Positions 19,922 to 29,727 are shown, counted from the first letter of the stretch. The stretch: 49,088 bases of DNA from an uncultured bacterium (GCA_949297305.1 CASFSG010000057.1:1-49088), one strand, 5' to 3'. Notes: generated by a model from the sequence alone, not told the origin. Made by a program: numbers and translations.

Positions 19922-19930
19922 GGTAGAGTT

Positions 19931-20410
19931 ATGAAATTTCGTATTGGTTTTAGTGAGGATATTCATCAATTCAAAGAAGGAAGAAAGTTATATCTCGGCG
20001 GTATATATATTCCAAATGAAGTTGGTTTAGATGGTCATAGCGACGCCGATGTAATTATTCACGCTGTCGCCGAATCAATTTTGGGTGCTTTAGCACTAGG
20101 GGATTTAGGAACATTTTTCCCTGATACAGACATCAAATACGAAGGCATTTCCAGCGTTTTACTTTTGCAACAAGTTGTGATGGAAATGCAAAAACTAGGT
20201 TATCAAGTTAATAATATTTCAATTCAAGTCGCGACCAAACATCCACATTTAAATAAATACATACCGCTTATGCGCGCTAAAATTGCATCTATTTTAAAAA
20301 CGGAAGATGAAAATGTGGCTATTAATGCAATGACTTATAATCTCGTCGATTCAATAGGTGAAGGTAAGGCATTAAAAGCCGCCTCAACTGTCTTATTATG
20401 GAAGAAATAA
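19931..20410 (+). CDS. ispF: 2-C-methyl-D-erythritol 2,4-cyclodiphosphate synthase
   Basis: RIG-SEDIH, GHSDADV, GDLGTFFPDTD; ispF-gltX synteny. Confidence 0.93.
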   Translation: MKFRIGFSEDIHQFKEGRKLYLGGIYIPNEVGLDGHSDADVIIHAVAESILGALALGDLGTFFPDTDIKYEGISSVLLLQQVVMEMQKLGYQVNNISIQVATKHPHLNKYIPLMRAKIASILKTEDENVAINAMTYNLVDSIGEGKALKAASTVLLWKK

Positions 20411-20412
20411 AG

Positions 20413-21846
20413 ATGAATAAAATCCGCGTTAGATATGCTCCTTCCCCAACTGGTTATCTTCATATAGGAGGCGCACGTTCAGCGTTATTTAATTATTTAT
20501 TTGCTAAGCATAATCATGGTGATTTTATTTTAAGAATTGAAGATACTGATGTTGCTAGAAATATCGAAGGGGCAATCGAAAGTCAAACTAACGATTTGAA
20601 ATGGCTCGGTATTATACCAGATGAATCCATGGATAATCCTAATCCTCAATGCGGTCCCTATCGCCAGATGGAGAAACTTGATATCTATCAAAAATTTTGT
20701 GATTTATTAATAGAAAAGGGTTATGCCTATGAATGTTTTTGTTCTTCAGAAGATCTAGCTAAATCGAAAGAGGAACAGTTATCGCGTGGCATTTCTAGCC
20801 CTAGATATGATCGCCGCTGTCTAAAATTAAGCAAAGAAGAAAAGGAAGAGTTAAAAGTTAAAGGCATTAAACCCGCTATTCGTTTGAAAATGCCCCACAA
20901 TGAAGTTTTAGAATTTGATGATATGGTTCGTGGCAAAATGTCTTTTAAAAGTGATGATATTGGCGACTTTGTCATCATGAAATCTAATGGTATTCCTACA
21001 TATAATTTTGCTGTTGTTATCGACGATTATATGATGAAAATATCCCATGTTTTGCGTGGCGAGGAACATTTATCTAATACTCCAAAACAATTACAAATTT
21101 ATAAATATTTAGGAATTGAACCACCTATATTTGGACACTTAAGCATTATCACAAACGAACGTGGTAAGAAACTATCAAAACGCGATCATGACATTCGTCA
21201 ATTCATTGAAGAATATCGCAAAGCAGGATATTTAAAAGAAGCAATTTTTAATTTTTTATTTTTGTTGGGTTTTTCACCTGAAGGAGAAAATGAAATTTAT
21301 AGTAAAGAAGAAGCGATAAAGATTTTTGATATCAATCATTTATCTAGCGCTCCTTCGATGTTCGACAATAAAAAATTAAATTGGATGAATTCTTATTATA
21401 TTAAAAATATGTCAAGTGATGATTATTTAAATTTTGTAAAAGATTATGTGTTAGAAGAATATCGACTAATTTCTCAAGAAAAATTAGATTATCTCTTATT
21501 ATTATTTAAATCTGAAATCAAATCCGCGAACGAAGTTAATAAACTTCTCGATGAGCTCTTTCATTTTCATAGTTTAAGCGAAGAACAAAAAGAATTTTTA
21601 AATCTTGATTCTTCAAAAATTGTCTTAAATAAATTTCTTGAAAAAATTTATAATATTGAAGATTTTTCAAAAGAGAAAGTCAACGTTATCTTTAAAGAAA
21701 TAATGGCTGAAACATCTTTAAAAGGAAAATTTGTTTATATGCCAATACGCTTAAAATTAACTGGTTTAGAGCACGGCATAGAAATTTATAATATTCTTTA
21801 CGCCTTAGGAAAAGAAGAAATATATCGAAGAATTTCTTCTAATTAA
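20413..21846 (+). CDS. gltX: Glutamate--tRNA ligase
   Basis: RYAPSPTGYLHIGG, RIEDTD, RGEEHLSNT, KLSKR; alternative start at 20398. Confidence 0.97.
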   Translation: MNKIRVRYAPSPTGYLHIGGARSALFNYLFAKHNHGDFILRIEDTDVARNIEGAIESQTNDLKWLGIIPDESMDNPNPQCGPYRQMEKLDIYQKFCDLLIEKGYAYECFCSSEDLAKSKEEQLSRGISSPRYDRRCLKLSKEEKEELKVKGIKPAIRLKMPHNEVLEFDDMVRGKMSFKSDDIGDFVIMKSNGIPTYNFAVVIDDYMMKISHVLRGEEHLSNTPKQLQIYKYLGIEPPIFGHLSIITNERGKKLSKRDHDIRQFIEEYRKAGYLKEAIFNFLFLLGFSPEGENEIYSKEEAIKIFDINHLSSAPSMFDNKKLNWMNSYYIKNMSSDDYLNFVKDYVLEEYRLISQEKLDYLLLLFKSEIKSANEVNKLLDELFHFHSLSEEQKEFLNLDSSKIVLNKFLEKIYNIEDFSKEKVNVIFKEIMAETSLKGKFVYMPIRLKLTGLEHGIEIYNILYALGKEEIYRRISSN

Positions 21847-21921
21847 TAGCAAATCTCAATTATTTTTTGCAAATTTTAAATATTTAATTTAGTCTTTTAC
21901 CATTTGAATGCATTTTCTCTA

Positions 21922-21951
21922 TTGCATACGCGCGCACGATTAGAGTATACT
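21922..21951 (+). promoter_or_regulatory. Sigma-A type promoter of the argS operon
   Basis: TTGCAT, 18-nt spacer, TATACT. Confidence 0.5.
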
Positions 21952-21969
21952 TTTTAATTGGGTAAATAT

Positions 21970-23601
21970 ATGCCAGTTGATATTAAGACAAAACTACAAA
22001 ATTCAATTCATCAAGTTTTAGTGGATAATAATTTTGATGTTGATATTAACGAGATTAATTTGTCGCAATCTAAAGATAATAAAAATGGCGATTACGCTTC
22101 AAATGTTGCATTAAAATTTGCCGCTCGCTTTAAACTTAAACCTTTCGAACTGGGACAAATTATCGCAAAAAATATTTGTGAGAATTTTATTGATCACATC
22201 GAAATTGCTGGTCCTGGCTTTTTGAATTTCTTTTTAAAGCATAATGCTTTAGAAGATGAGTTAAAAAAGGTTATTGCCTTAGAAGATAGTTATGGTCGAG
22301 GCGAAAAAAAGAATATCAAAATTAATGTTGAGTTTGTCTCTGCTAATCCAACCGGTGATTTACATTTAGGTCATGCGCGGATTGCTTCTTTGGGCGACTC
22401 GATCTGCCGCTTATTTTCTTTTGCTGGCTATGATGTCACTCGCGAATATTATGTTAATGATGCTGGAAACCAAGTTGATAATTTAGCCCTTTCTTTAAGG
22501 GCGAGATATCATCAAGCTTTTGGCGAAAATTATCCTATTCCGGAAGATGGTTATCACGGTGAAGATATAATTGATATTGCGAACAAAATTAAAGATGAAT
22601 TTGCTGATAAATATTTAGATGATAACGATGATAATCTTTTATTTTTTAAAAATTATGGTATCCAAGCGGAACTCGATAAAATTAATCGTGACTTGAAGGA
22701 TTTTCGTGTGTCATTTGACGTCTATACTTCTGAACGTGACATTCGTAAAAATCACCATGTTGAAGATGTTTTGAAAAATAAATATAAGAAATATACTTAT
22801 GAACAAAATGGGGCAATCTTTTTAAAGACTACTGACTTTTTAGACGATAAAGATCGCGCGGTTGTAAAAAGTGATGGATCTTTTACTTATTTAATGCCAG
22901 ATATTGCCTATCACTTAAATAAATTAGAACGGGGTTACGACTTATTAATTGATATCTTAGGCGCTGATCACCATGGTTATATCAATCGCTTAAAAAGCGC
23001 GATGATGATGCAAGGATATCCCAAAGATTGCTTAGAAGTTGAACTAGTTCAAATGGTACGACTTTTATCTCATGGTGAGGAAGTTAAAATGTCTAAGCGA
23101 ACTGGCAACGCGATTTCCTTAAGGGAATTATGCGAAGAAGTTGGAGTAGATGCTGTTAGATACTTTTTTGTTCAAAGGGACGCCTTTTCGCATTTAGATT
23201 TCAATATTGATTTAGCTAGTGAACATAGTGAAGCTAACCCTGTATTTTATGCTCAATACGCTCATGCTAGATTATGTCGTATGCTTGAAAATGCTTCCGA
23301 TATAATACCAGAATTAAATTGTGATTTGTTGATTGATAATTCGGAAAATGAGTTGATTAAGACACTCGTTTCTTTTCCACAATTTGTAGAACAATGTGCA
23401 AAGCAACGCAAACCAAATAAAATGACCAATTATATCAATAATCTTGCGACTTTAATTCATGAATTTTATACTAAATGTCGTGTAATTGATCGCAACAATA
23501 TTCCTTTGACTAAAGCTCGTTTAGCATTAGTTAAAGCCGCTAAAATCGTGATGAAAAATGCACTTAATCTCATCGGAGTGAGTGCTCCAAATAATATGTA
23601 G
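21970..23601 (+). CDS. argS: Arginine--tRNA ligase
   Basis: GDYASN, AGPGFLNF, EFVSANPTGDLHLGH, GADHHGY, MSKRTG, YAQYAHAR. Confidence 0.98.
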   Translation: MPVDIKTKLQNSIHQVLVDNNFDVDINEINLSQSKDNKNGDYASNVALKFAARFKLKPFELGQIIAKNICENFIDHIEIAGPGFLNFFLKHNALEDELKKVIALEDSYGRGEKKNIKINVEFVSANPTGDLHLGHARIASLGDSICRLFSFAGYDVTREYYVNDAGNQVDNLALSLRARYHQAFGENYPIPEDGYHGEDIIDIANKIKDEFADKYLDDNDDNLLFFKNYGIQAELDKINRDLKDFRVSFDVYTSERDIRKNHHVEDVLKNKYKKYTYEQNGAIFLKTTDFLDDKDRAVVKSDGSFTYLMPDIAYHLNKLERGYDLLIDILGADHHGYINRLKSAMMMQGYPKDCLEVELVQMVRLLSHGEEVKMSKRTGNAISLRELCEEVGVDAVRYFFVQRDAFSHLDFNIDLASEHSEANPVFYAQYAHARLCRMLENASDIIPELNCDLLIDNSENELIKTLVSFPQFVEQCAKQRKPNKMTNYINNLATLIHEFYTKCRVIDRNNIPLTKARLALVKAAKIVMKNALNLIGVSAPNNM

Positions 23602-23612
23602 GAGGAAGCAAA

Positions 23613-23999
23613 ATGTTAGAAAAATCATTAATTGAATATGCTCAAGATGTCATGAATGCAAATGATAAAGAAATTGCTTTTAAGGATTTGTGGGCGGAAG
23701 TGTGTAAAAAAGCATCGTTAAGCGAAGAAGATGCAAATAGAGTCATTTCGCAATTTTATACTAATTTAACTATTGATGGTCGCTTTGTAGCTTTGCCAAA
23801 TGGCTTTTGGGATTTGAGGAGTCGCCGCACTTCAAGCGAAATCGAAATGGCTGATAGTTTCTATAGTGATGCAGACGAAAGCGCTTCTAGCGATGATGTT
23901 GACGAAAATATTTCCGACGATGAAGGAGATAGCGTCACTGATATTGATAATAGTGACGATAATGATGATCTTAACGCTGATAATAGCGTAGAATATTAA
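23613..23999 (+). CDS. rpoE: RNA polymerase delta subunit
   Basis: [13 protein letters not shown]...WDLRS and acidic C-terminal tail; follows argS. Confidence 0.92.
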   Translation: MLEKSLIEYAQDVMNANDKEIAFKDLWAEVCKKASLSEEDANRVISQFYTNLTIDGRFVALPNGFWDLRSRRTSSEIEMADSFYSDADESASSDDVDENISDDEGDSVTDIDNSDDNDDLNADNSVEY

Positions 24000-24018
24000 T
24001 GAGCGAAAGGAGAAATTT

Positions 24019-24876
24019 ATGTGCTTAGTTAGTATGAAAGAAATGCTCTTAAAAGCAAAAGAAGGGCATTATGCAGTTGGTCAATTTAATATTAATAATC
24101 TTGAATGGATTCAAGCAATTTTAAATGAAGTTCAAGAATTAAATTCCCCAGTTATTCTTGGTGTTAGTGAAGGCGCTGCAAAATATATGGGCGGTTGGGA
24201 TGTCGTTGTTGCGATGGTTAAATCTTATGTAAAATCCCATCACATCACCGTACCAGTTGCTCTTCATGTCGACCATGGTTCTTCTTTTGAAGTTTGTAAG
24301 GCTGCAATCGATGCTGGATTTTCTAGCGTAATGATTGATGGTTCACATTTTCCGCTTGATGAAAATATTCGCGTAACAAAAGAAGTCGTCGATTATGCTC
24401 ACGCTCGTGGCGTTTCTGTTGAAGCAGAACTTGGCCGCGTCGGTGGACAAGAAGATCATGTTGTGGCCGAAACAATGTATGCGATTCCTGAAGAATGTGT
24501 CAAACTTGTTAAAGAAGCTGAAGTTGATTGCTTAGCCCCGGCTTTAGGCAGTGTCCATGGTCCTTATCACGGTGAACCTAAATTAGGCTTTGACGAGATG
24601 AAAGAAATTGCTGGTTTGGTTAATTTGCCACTCGTTCTTCATGGTGGCAGCGGCATACCAGATTACCAAATTAAAATGGCGATTGAACGTGGCACATGCA
24701 AAATCAATGTCAACACTGAATGTCAACAAGAATGGGCAAAAATTGTCCGTGAAGTTTTAAATAAAAATGCTTCTGTTTATGATCCTCGTAAGATCATCGG
24801 CCCCGGGATGGAAGGTATTCGCAATGTTGTTAAAGCCAAATGTGAAGTATTTGGCTCGATTAATAAAGCGAATTAA
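24019..24876 (+). CDS. fba: Class II fructose-bisphosphate aldolase
   Basis: [48 protein letters not shown]. Confidence 0.97.
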   Translation: MCLVSMKEMLLKAKEGHYAVGQFNINNLEWIQAILNEVQELNSPVILGVSEGAAKYMGGWDVVVAMVKSYVKSHHITVPVALHVDHGSSFEVCKAAIDAGFSSVMIDGSHFPLDENIRVTKEVVDYAHARGVSVEAELGRVGGQEDHVVAETMYAIPEECVKLVKEAEVDCLAPALGSVHGPYHGEPKLGFDEMKEIAGLVNLPLVLHGGSGIPDYQIKMAIERGTCKINVNTECQQEWAKIVREVLNKNASVYDPRKIIGPGMEGIRNVVKAKCEVFGSINKAN

Positions 24877-24897
24877 TTTCACCTTTAGGTGCTATTA

Positions 24898-25866
24898 ATG
24901 AACAAGAAGATTCAAAAACAATTATTAAAGTATATAAAAAAATATAACATTATCACAATTTTTGGCCATATTAATCCAGATTGTGATTGTTATAGTAGTT
25001 CGCTAGCTTTAAGAGAAATTATCCGCGATAATTTTCCGCATAAAAAAGTTTATGCGTTGGGTAGTGGTCCCGAATATGTCTTCGAACTTTTTCCTCCTTA
25101 TGATGAAATTAGCGAAGATATTATTAAACAATCTTTGGCTATTATTGTCGATTGTAGTGAAATTTGTCGCGTGAGCGATGAAAGAATTTCATTAGCAAAA
25201 GAAATTATTAAAATCGATCATCATATCGAATCCAATGAATTTGAGGGGTTTAAATGGGTAGACACTAATTATATTGCTGCTGCAATGATGATAGGTGATT
25301 TTGCTTTTGAAAGCAAATTAAAAGTTTCTAAATTAGCTGCTTCTTTATTATATTTAGGAATATGCACTGATTCGGGTCGTTTTAGATATTCTCCTACTAA
25401 TGGAGATACGCATCGTTTAGTAGCTAAGCTATATGATATTGGTATTGACCCCACCAAGATGTTTGATATGCTTTATCAAAGCGACGGTGTTTATGTGAAG
25501 TATCAATCGCATATCGTTGAAAAATATCAACAAACGAAACACGGTGTTATCTATTCTTTTATGGATGAAAAAGATTATAAGAAATATGGTTTAACGTTCG
25601 ATGAAGTTTCGAAAAATGTTAATGTTTTAGGTAACATAAAAGGATGTCCGATTTGGGCTTTGTTTACTAGATCTCCAGAAGGATTTATTCGCGTTGAACT
25701 TCGAAGTAAAGAGTTAAATATTCAACAAATTGCTCTCAAATATGGTGGTGGAGGACATCTGCATGCAGCGGGTGTGCGCTTATCACCGTTAAATGAGTGG
25801 GATAAAGCAAAAGCGATGGTTAAGGATCTCGATTTATTAGCGAATCATCAATATGAAGAAAATTAA
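24898..25866 (+). CDS. nrnA: DHH/DHHA1 phosphoesterase (nanoRNase/pAp phosphatase)
   Basis: H-x-NPD-x-D, IVD, IDHH, TDSGRF, GGGHLHAAG. Confidence 0.88.
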   Translation: MNKKIQKQLLKYIKKYNIITIFGHINPDCDCYSSSLALREIIRDNFPHKKVYALGSGPEYVFELFPPYDEISEDIIKQSLAIIVDCSEICRVSDERISLAKEIIKIDHHIESNEFEGFKWVDTNYIAAAMMIGDFAFESKLKVSKLAASLLYLGICTDSGRFRYSPTNGDTHRLVAKLYDIGIDPTKMFDMLYQSDGVYVKYQSHIVEKYQQTKHGVIYSFMDEKDYKKYGLTFDEVSKNVNVLGNIKGCPIWALFTRSPEGFIRVELRSKELNIQQIALKYGGGGHLHAAGVRLSPLNEWDKAKAMVKDLDLLANHQYEEN

Positions 25867-26644
25867 TGATGAATTGATTTTAGAAAAGATGTTACTTGCC
25901 TCCTATAAGGCGCGTCAAGCAATTCTTGATGTTTATAAACAAACTGATTTGCACATCGAAATAAAAGACGATAACTCACCGGTTACAATTGCCGACAAAA
26001 ATAGCAACGAGATTATTGTTAACTTACTAAAGAAGGAATTTCCTTCTTTTTCTATTTTGACCGAAGAAAGCGAAGATGACTTAACTCGTTTAAATAACGA
26101 TTTTGTTTTTATTATTGATCCTCTTGATGGCACGAAAGATTTTATTGCTCATAATAATCAATTTACCATCAATATCGCTTTATCTATTAAGCATATCCCT
26201 TTTATTGGTGTTATCGATATTCCCATGCGGAATGAGACATATTTTGCCATCAAACATAAAGGGGCTTTTTTAAAAAGAAATGATGAAATTATTCCAATAA
26301 AAGTGAATAAAAAAACTTCTGATTTGACAGTTTTTACATCCAATTTCCACTTAAATGAATTAGAAATTGAAACGATTAATAAGCATCGCGATGTCATCAA
26401 AAACATCGTTTCGATTGGCTCTTCGATTAAAGGCTGTTTGATATCTTGCGGGAAAGGTGAATTATCATATCGCTTTTCTAGTAACACTAAAGAATGGGAT
26501 ACATGTGCTATGCAGATAATTCTAGAAGAGGCTGGGGGCTTTTTGGTCGATAAAAAAGGAAAGCCCTTACTTTATAATCGCCAAGATGTTTATAATCGCG
26601 GTGGTTATATAATTTGTAATTCATTAGATAATTTATTACTATAA
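25853..26644 (+). CDS. cysQ: 3'(2'),5'-bisphosphate nucleotidase (inositol monophosphatase family)
   Basis: KDDNSPVTIAD, EES, IDPLDGTKDF, FTINIAL, GSSIK, EWDTCA. Confidence 0.88.
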   Translation: MKKINDELILEKMLLASYKARQAILDVYKQTDLHIEIKDDNSPVTIADKNSNEIIVNLLKKEFPSFSILTEESEDDLTRLNNDFVFIIDPLDGTKDFIAHNNQFTINIALSIKHIPFIGVIDIPMRNETYFAIKHKGAFLKRNDEIIPIKVNKKTSDLTVFTSNFHLNELEIETINKHRDVIKNIVSIGSSIKGCLISCGKGELSYRFSSNTKEWDTCAMQIILEEAGGFLVDKKGKPLLYNRQDVYNRGGYIICNSLDNLLL

Positions 26645-26664
26645 AATACATAAGGAGAAGAAAA

Positions 26665-28230
26665 ATGCGTCGATTTGGTTTTGTTAGTTTAGCTATCTTA
26701 CCGCTCTTATTATTGAGCTGCTCAAATAATAGTCTCGAAGTTGATGTAGCATCTCTTAAAGCTTTTATACCCACTATGCCGACTATTGAAAACAAAAATG
26801 TCGGAGAACCTCATGTCGACGACAATGGCGACATTATTTTTGATATTTATTCCTTAAGCGATTTCCATGGCGCGATTGTTAGCGATGAAGAAGCTGGACG
26901 CATCGGTTTATCTAGACTAGGAACCTATTTTGATAATAAAAGAACATTAAACCCAGGTGGAACAATTCTTTTAGCTGTTGGTGACATGTTTCAAGGTAGC
27001 GTCGACTCCAATTTGACCTATGGTAATTCAATTACCTATGCAATGAATTTGATGCAATTCGATGCTTTTACACTAGGTAACCATGAATTTGATTGGGGCG
27101 AAGAATGGATTATCGATAACGTTAATCGCGCATCATTCCCTTTTTTAGGTGCAAACATCGTCCAAAAAGATACATCTATTTTACCATCTTACTTAAATGA
27201 ATATACTGTTATTACTCGCGGCGATTATAATATTGGCATCATTGGAACAATTGGAGATAATATTCGTAATACTATTTACGAGGGCGTCATTAATAATCTA
27301 GATTTTTTAAATGAAGTTGAAATTGTTGATAATTTAGCCCAAGAACTTCGCGATGACGAAGATTGTGACATCGTCTTATGGTGTTCGCATAACGGTTATG
27401 ATTCTATTCAAAATAAAGTTGCGACCTTATTACCAAATGTCGATGCTATTTTTAGTGCGCATACTCATATGAATTATAATGGTTACGTTTCAGATGATAA
27501 TATTCCACTAGCGGAAACGACTAATTATGGCGAAGCTATCGCGCATGTTCAATTGAAATTAGATGTTGAAACAAATGAGGTTAGTTGTCTTATTAATGAA
27601 AACGATCAAAATCTCTTTTTAAGTGCTAGTAGTGAAGATAAAAACATTTCTTCGATTGTCGATCAATATGCAAAAAAGTTCGTCAACCCTTACAAAAATA
27701 TCAAAATCGGCAAATTAGCAAATGATTTTTCAATCAATGAACTCGCTAATTTTGCATGCAAATCAATGCTCGATCGTATCAATAGTGAATATAGTGGCAA
27801 ATTTAATGCCGTTGCCAGTTTCCATAATCGCAATGGAGGAGTGAGAGTTTCTTTAAAGGAAGGAAATCTCACTTTTGGGCAATTATATGAAGCCTTTCCT
27901 TTTGATAATGAATTAGTCGTTCTTGATATTGATGGTGCGACATTAAAGAGATATTTAGATGCTGGCGGCAATAATTCTTTATATCGTCTTATCGATTACG
28001 CCGATGTAGATAATCAAGCGACATATCAAATTGTTACGACTGACTTTTTAGCTAGTGGTAGCAACACTTATACATCTTATGACGATATATTTTATACCAA
28101 GTTAAATGTTCGTGATGTCGTGATGGATAATATTATCGCTTTATGTGGCGTTAATGCTTTAGGATGTTCATCTAAAGCGATTAATTCCGATGATTATGTT
28201 GGTAGCGACTACTCTTTATCTATGCTATAA
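26665..28230 (+). CDS. 5'-nucleotidase/metallophosphoesterase lipoprotein (UshA/CpdB-like)
   Basis: Lipobox LLLLSC; SDFHG, GDMFQG, LGNHEFDWG, HTH; C-domain NGGVR...PFDN. Confidence 0.9.
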   Translation: MRRFGFVSLAILPLLLLSCSNNSLEVDVASLKAFIPTMPTIENKNVGEPHVDDNGDIIFDIYSLSDFHGAIVSDEEAGRIGLSRLGTYFDNKRTLNPGGTILLAVGDMFQGSVDSNLTYGNSITYAMNLMQFDAFTLGNHEFDWGEEWIIDNVNRASFPFLGANIVQKDTSILPSYLNEYTVITRGDYNIGIIGTIGDNIRNTIYEGVINNLDFLNEVEIVDNLAQELRDDEDCDIVLWCSHNGYDSIQNKVATLLPNVDAIFSAHTHMNYNGYVSDDNIPLAETTNYGEAIAHVQLKLDVETNEVSCLINENDQNLFLSASSEDKNISSIVDQYAKKFVNPYKNIKIGKLANDFSINELANFACKSMLDRINSEYSGKFNAVASFHNRNGGVRVSLKEGNLTFGQLYEAFPFDNELVVLDIDGATLKRYLDAGGNNSLYRLIDYADVDNQATYQIVTTDFLASGSNTYTSYDDIFYTKLNVRDVVMDNIIALCGVNALGCSSKAINSDDYVGSDYSLSML

Positions 28231-28262
28231 AAAAATAACCGCTAGTTGCGGTTAAGTTTTTC
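28231..28262. terminator. Probable bidirectional terminator
   Basis: TAACCGC-TAGTT-GCGGTTA between convergent genes, flanked by A and T runs. Confidence 0.7.
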
Positions 28263-28274
28263 CTTATATTATAT

Positions 28275-28514
28275 CTAATCGACTAATTTAACGCCTTTAA
28301 CGCCTTCTACTTCTTCTTGAAGAATTATTTCTACGCCTTCAGAAATAGTTGTATCAATAAATGAGCAACCAACGCAGGCGCCTTTCATTCGAAGTAAGAC
28401 AATGCCATCATCGTTTACATCAACATATTCGATATCGCCGCCATCACGACGAATAAAGGGGCGAATCTTTTCCAAAGTATCAATAATTTTATTCTTAAAA
28501 TCTTCTTTATTCAT
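28275..28514 (-). CDS. NifU C-terminal domain (Nfu-type Fe-S carrier)
   Basis: IRPFIRRDGGDIE, GACVGC. Confidence 0.92.
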   Translation of the reverse strand: MNKEDFKNKIIDTLEKIRPFIRRDGGDIEYVDVNDDGIVLLRMKGACVGCSFIDTTISEGVEIILQEEVEGVKGVKLVD

Positions 28515-28529
28515 AAAGTGTTCTAATTT

Positions 28530-28552
28530 AAAAAGCGAATTTTCATTCGCTT
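28530..28552 (-). terminator. Intrinsic terminator after the 168-aa gene and tRNA operon
   Basis: Minus strand AAGCGAAT-GAAA-ATTCGCTT-TTT with a GNRA loop. Confidence 0.75.
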
Positions 28553-29057
28553 ATTTTTTATTATTTTTCTTTAAGTAAGAGTAACTAGACGAATGGAAGG
28601 CTTCTTGTTTTTCCTTGCCATATTCCTTAACGCCTAAATAAAGTATCATAAGACCATAGATCAATAAAAAAGCACCCGCAACATAAAAAGGCCAATTAAT
28701 GAAATTGCTATTAGCCATCTTAGTAGCGTAAATAAGAATTGCCCATCCTTGCATAGTGATAAATAAAACGCCAGAAACAATAAATAAAATACCCGCGAAA
28801 ATTTTCGCAGCACTTGATCTAGTTGAAAAAATGCAAGTAGGTATAGCGGCAAGAAGCAAAATTAATGAAATGATTCCAGCAGCACTAGGACGACCATAAT
28901 TATTATTTTCTAACCAACTACTCGCACGGAAAATAAATTGGTATCCGTTATATGAGTGATTACTAAAAATCCAAGTATTAGGGACAATTAATAATAAACA
29001 ACTTAAGACAATAACGCCTAAGCCAATATAACCAATAATTTTGTTAATACCTTTCAT
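28551..29057 (-). CDS. Hypothetical membrane protein, about 4 TM
   Basis: Four hydrophobic segments, basic C-terminal tail, SD GAGGT. Confidence 0.8.
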   Translation of the reverse strand: MKGINKIIGYIGLGVIVLSCLLLIVPNTWIFSNHSYNGYQFIFRASSWLENNNYGRPSAAGIISLILLLAAIPTCIFSTRSSAAKIFAGILFIVSGVLFITMQGWAILIYATKMANSNFINWPFYVAGAFLLIYGLMILYLGVKEYGKEKQEAFHSSSYSYLKKNNKK

Positions 29058-29078
29058 TTTACTTTACCTCTTTTTTGG

Positions 29079-29152
29079 TGGTTGGGGCGACTGGACTTGA
29101 ACCAGTGATCGCGAGTTCAGAGCCCGCTGCCTTACCACTTGGCTACGCCCCA
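29079..29152 (-). tRNA. tRNA-Gln(CUG)
   Basis: Acceptor TGGGGCG/CGCCCCA, anticodon arm GCGGG-CTCTGAA-CTCGC, T arm ACTGG-TTCAAGT-CCAGT, encoded CCA. Confidence 0.92.
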
Positions 29153-29183
29153 AGGGGCTTATAATTTTAATTGATTGATTTTG

Positions 29184-29271
29184 TGGTGCCCAAGACCGGA
29201 CTTGAACCGGTATGCTATCAACTAGCGCAGGATTTTAAGTCCTGTGCGTCTACCTATTCCGCCACTTGGGC
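29184..29271 (-). tRNA. tRNA-Leu(UAA)
   Basis: GCCCAAG/CTTGGGC acceptor, CAGGA-CTTAAAA-TCCTG, long variable arm, CCA. Confidence 0.96.
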
Positions 29272-29276
29272 AAAGA

Positions 29277-29352
29277 TGGTCTCCCGTAAACGATTCGAAC
29301 GTTCGACCCCTTGATTAAAAGTCAAGTGCTCTACCAACTGAGCTAACGGGAG
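29277..29352 (-). tRNA. tRNA-Lys(UUU)
   Basis: CTCCCGT/ACGGGAG acceptor, CTTGA-CTTTTAA-TCAAG, CCA. Confidence 0.95.
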
Positions 29353-29355
29353 ATG

Positions 29356-29430
29356 TGGTTGGGGTGACTGGACTTGAACCAGTGCATGATAGAGTCAAAG
29401 TCTATTGCCTTACCACTTGGCTACACCCCA
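29356..29430 (-). tRNA. tRNA-Gln(UUG)
   Basis: TGGGGTG/CACCCCA acceptor, ATAGA-CTTTGAC-TCTAT, CCA. Confidence 0.96.
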
Positions 29431-29441
29431 AGATGAGTGAA

Positions 29442-29525
29442 TGGTGGAGGAGGGTGGATTTGAACCACCGAACCCGAAGGAACTGATTTACAGTCAGCCG
29501 CATTTGGCCACTTTGCTACTCCTCC
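29442..29525 (-). tRNA. tRNA-Tyr(GUA)
   Basis: GGAGGAG/CTCCTCC acceptor, GCTGA-CTGTAAA-TCAGT, long variable arm, CCA. Confidence 0.96.
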
Positions 29526-29538
29526 ACATCGCTATTAA

Positions 29539-29614
29539 TGGTGGATGTTGAGGGGCTCGAACCCCCGACCTCCGCCGTGTAAAGGCGATGCTCTCCCAGC
29601 TGAGCTAAACATCC
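29539..29614 (-). tRNA. tRNA-Val(UAC)
   Basis: GGATGTT/AACATCC acceptor, TCGCC-TTTACAC-GGCGG, CCA. Confidence 0.96.
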
Positions 29615-29645
29615 TAAGTGCATGCTCATCTAGGCGTGCTAAATA

Positions 29646-29675
29646 ATTATAATGATAAGATGAGAGATTAGTCAA
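29646..29675 (-). promoter_or_regulatory. Sigma-A promoter of the tRNA operon
   Basis: Minus strand TTGACT, 18-nt spacer, TATAAT. Confidence 0.7.
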
Positions 29676-29727
29676 TTAAAAAATTTATTTTTGTCTTCTT
29701 CTAAAGATAAAATATATTAATCTAAGA

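Noticed and set aside
21847-21969. T-box leader before argS (or gltX)
   Set aside because: The region is too short and lacks the GGTGGNACCGCG antiterminator motif; gltX is coupled to ispF.
29079-29152. Amber suppressor tRNA
   Set aside because: The anticodon reads CTG, not CTA.
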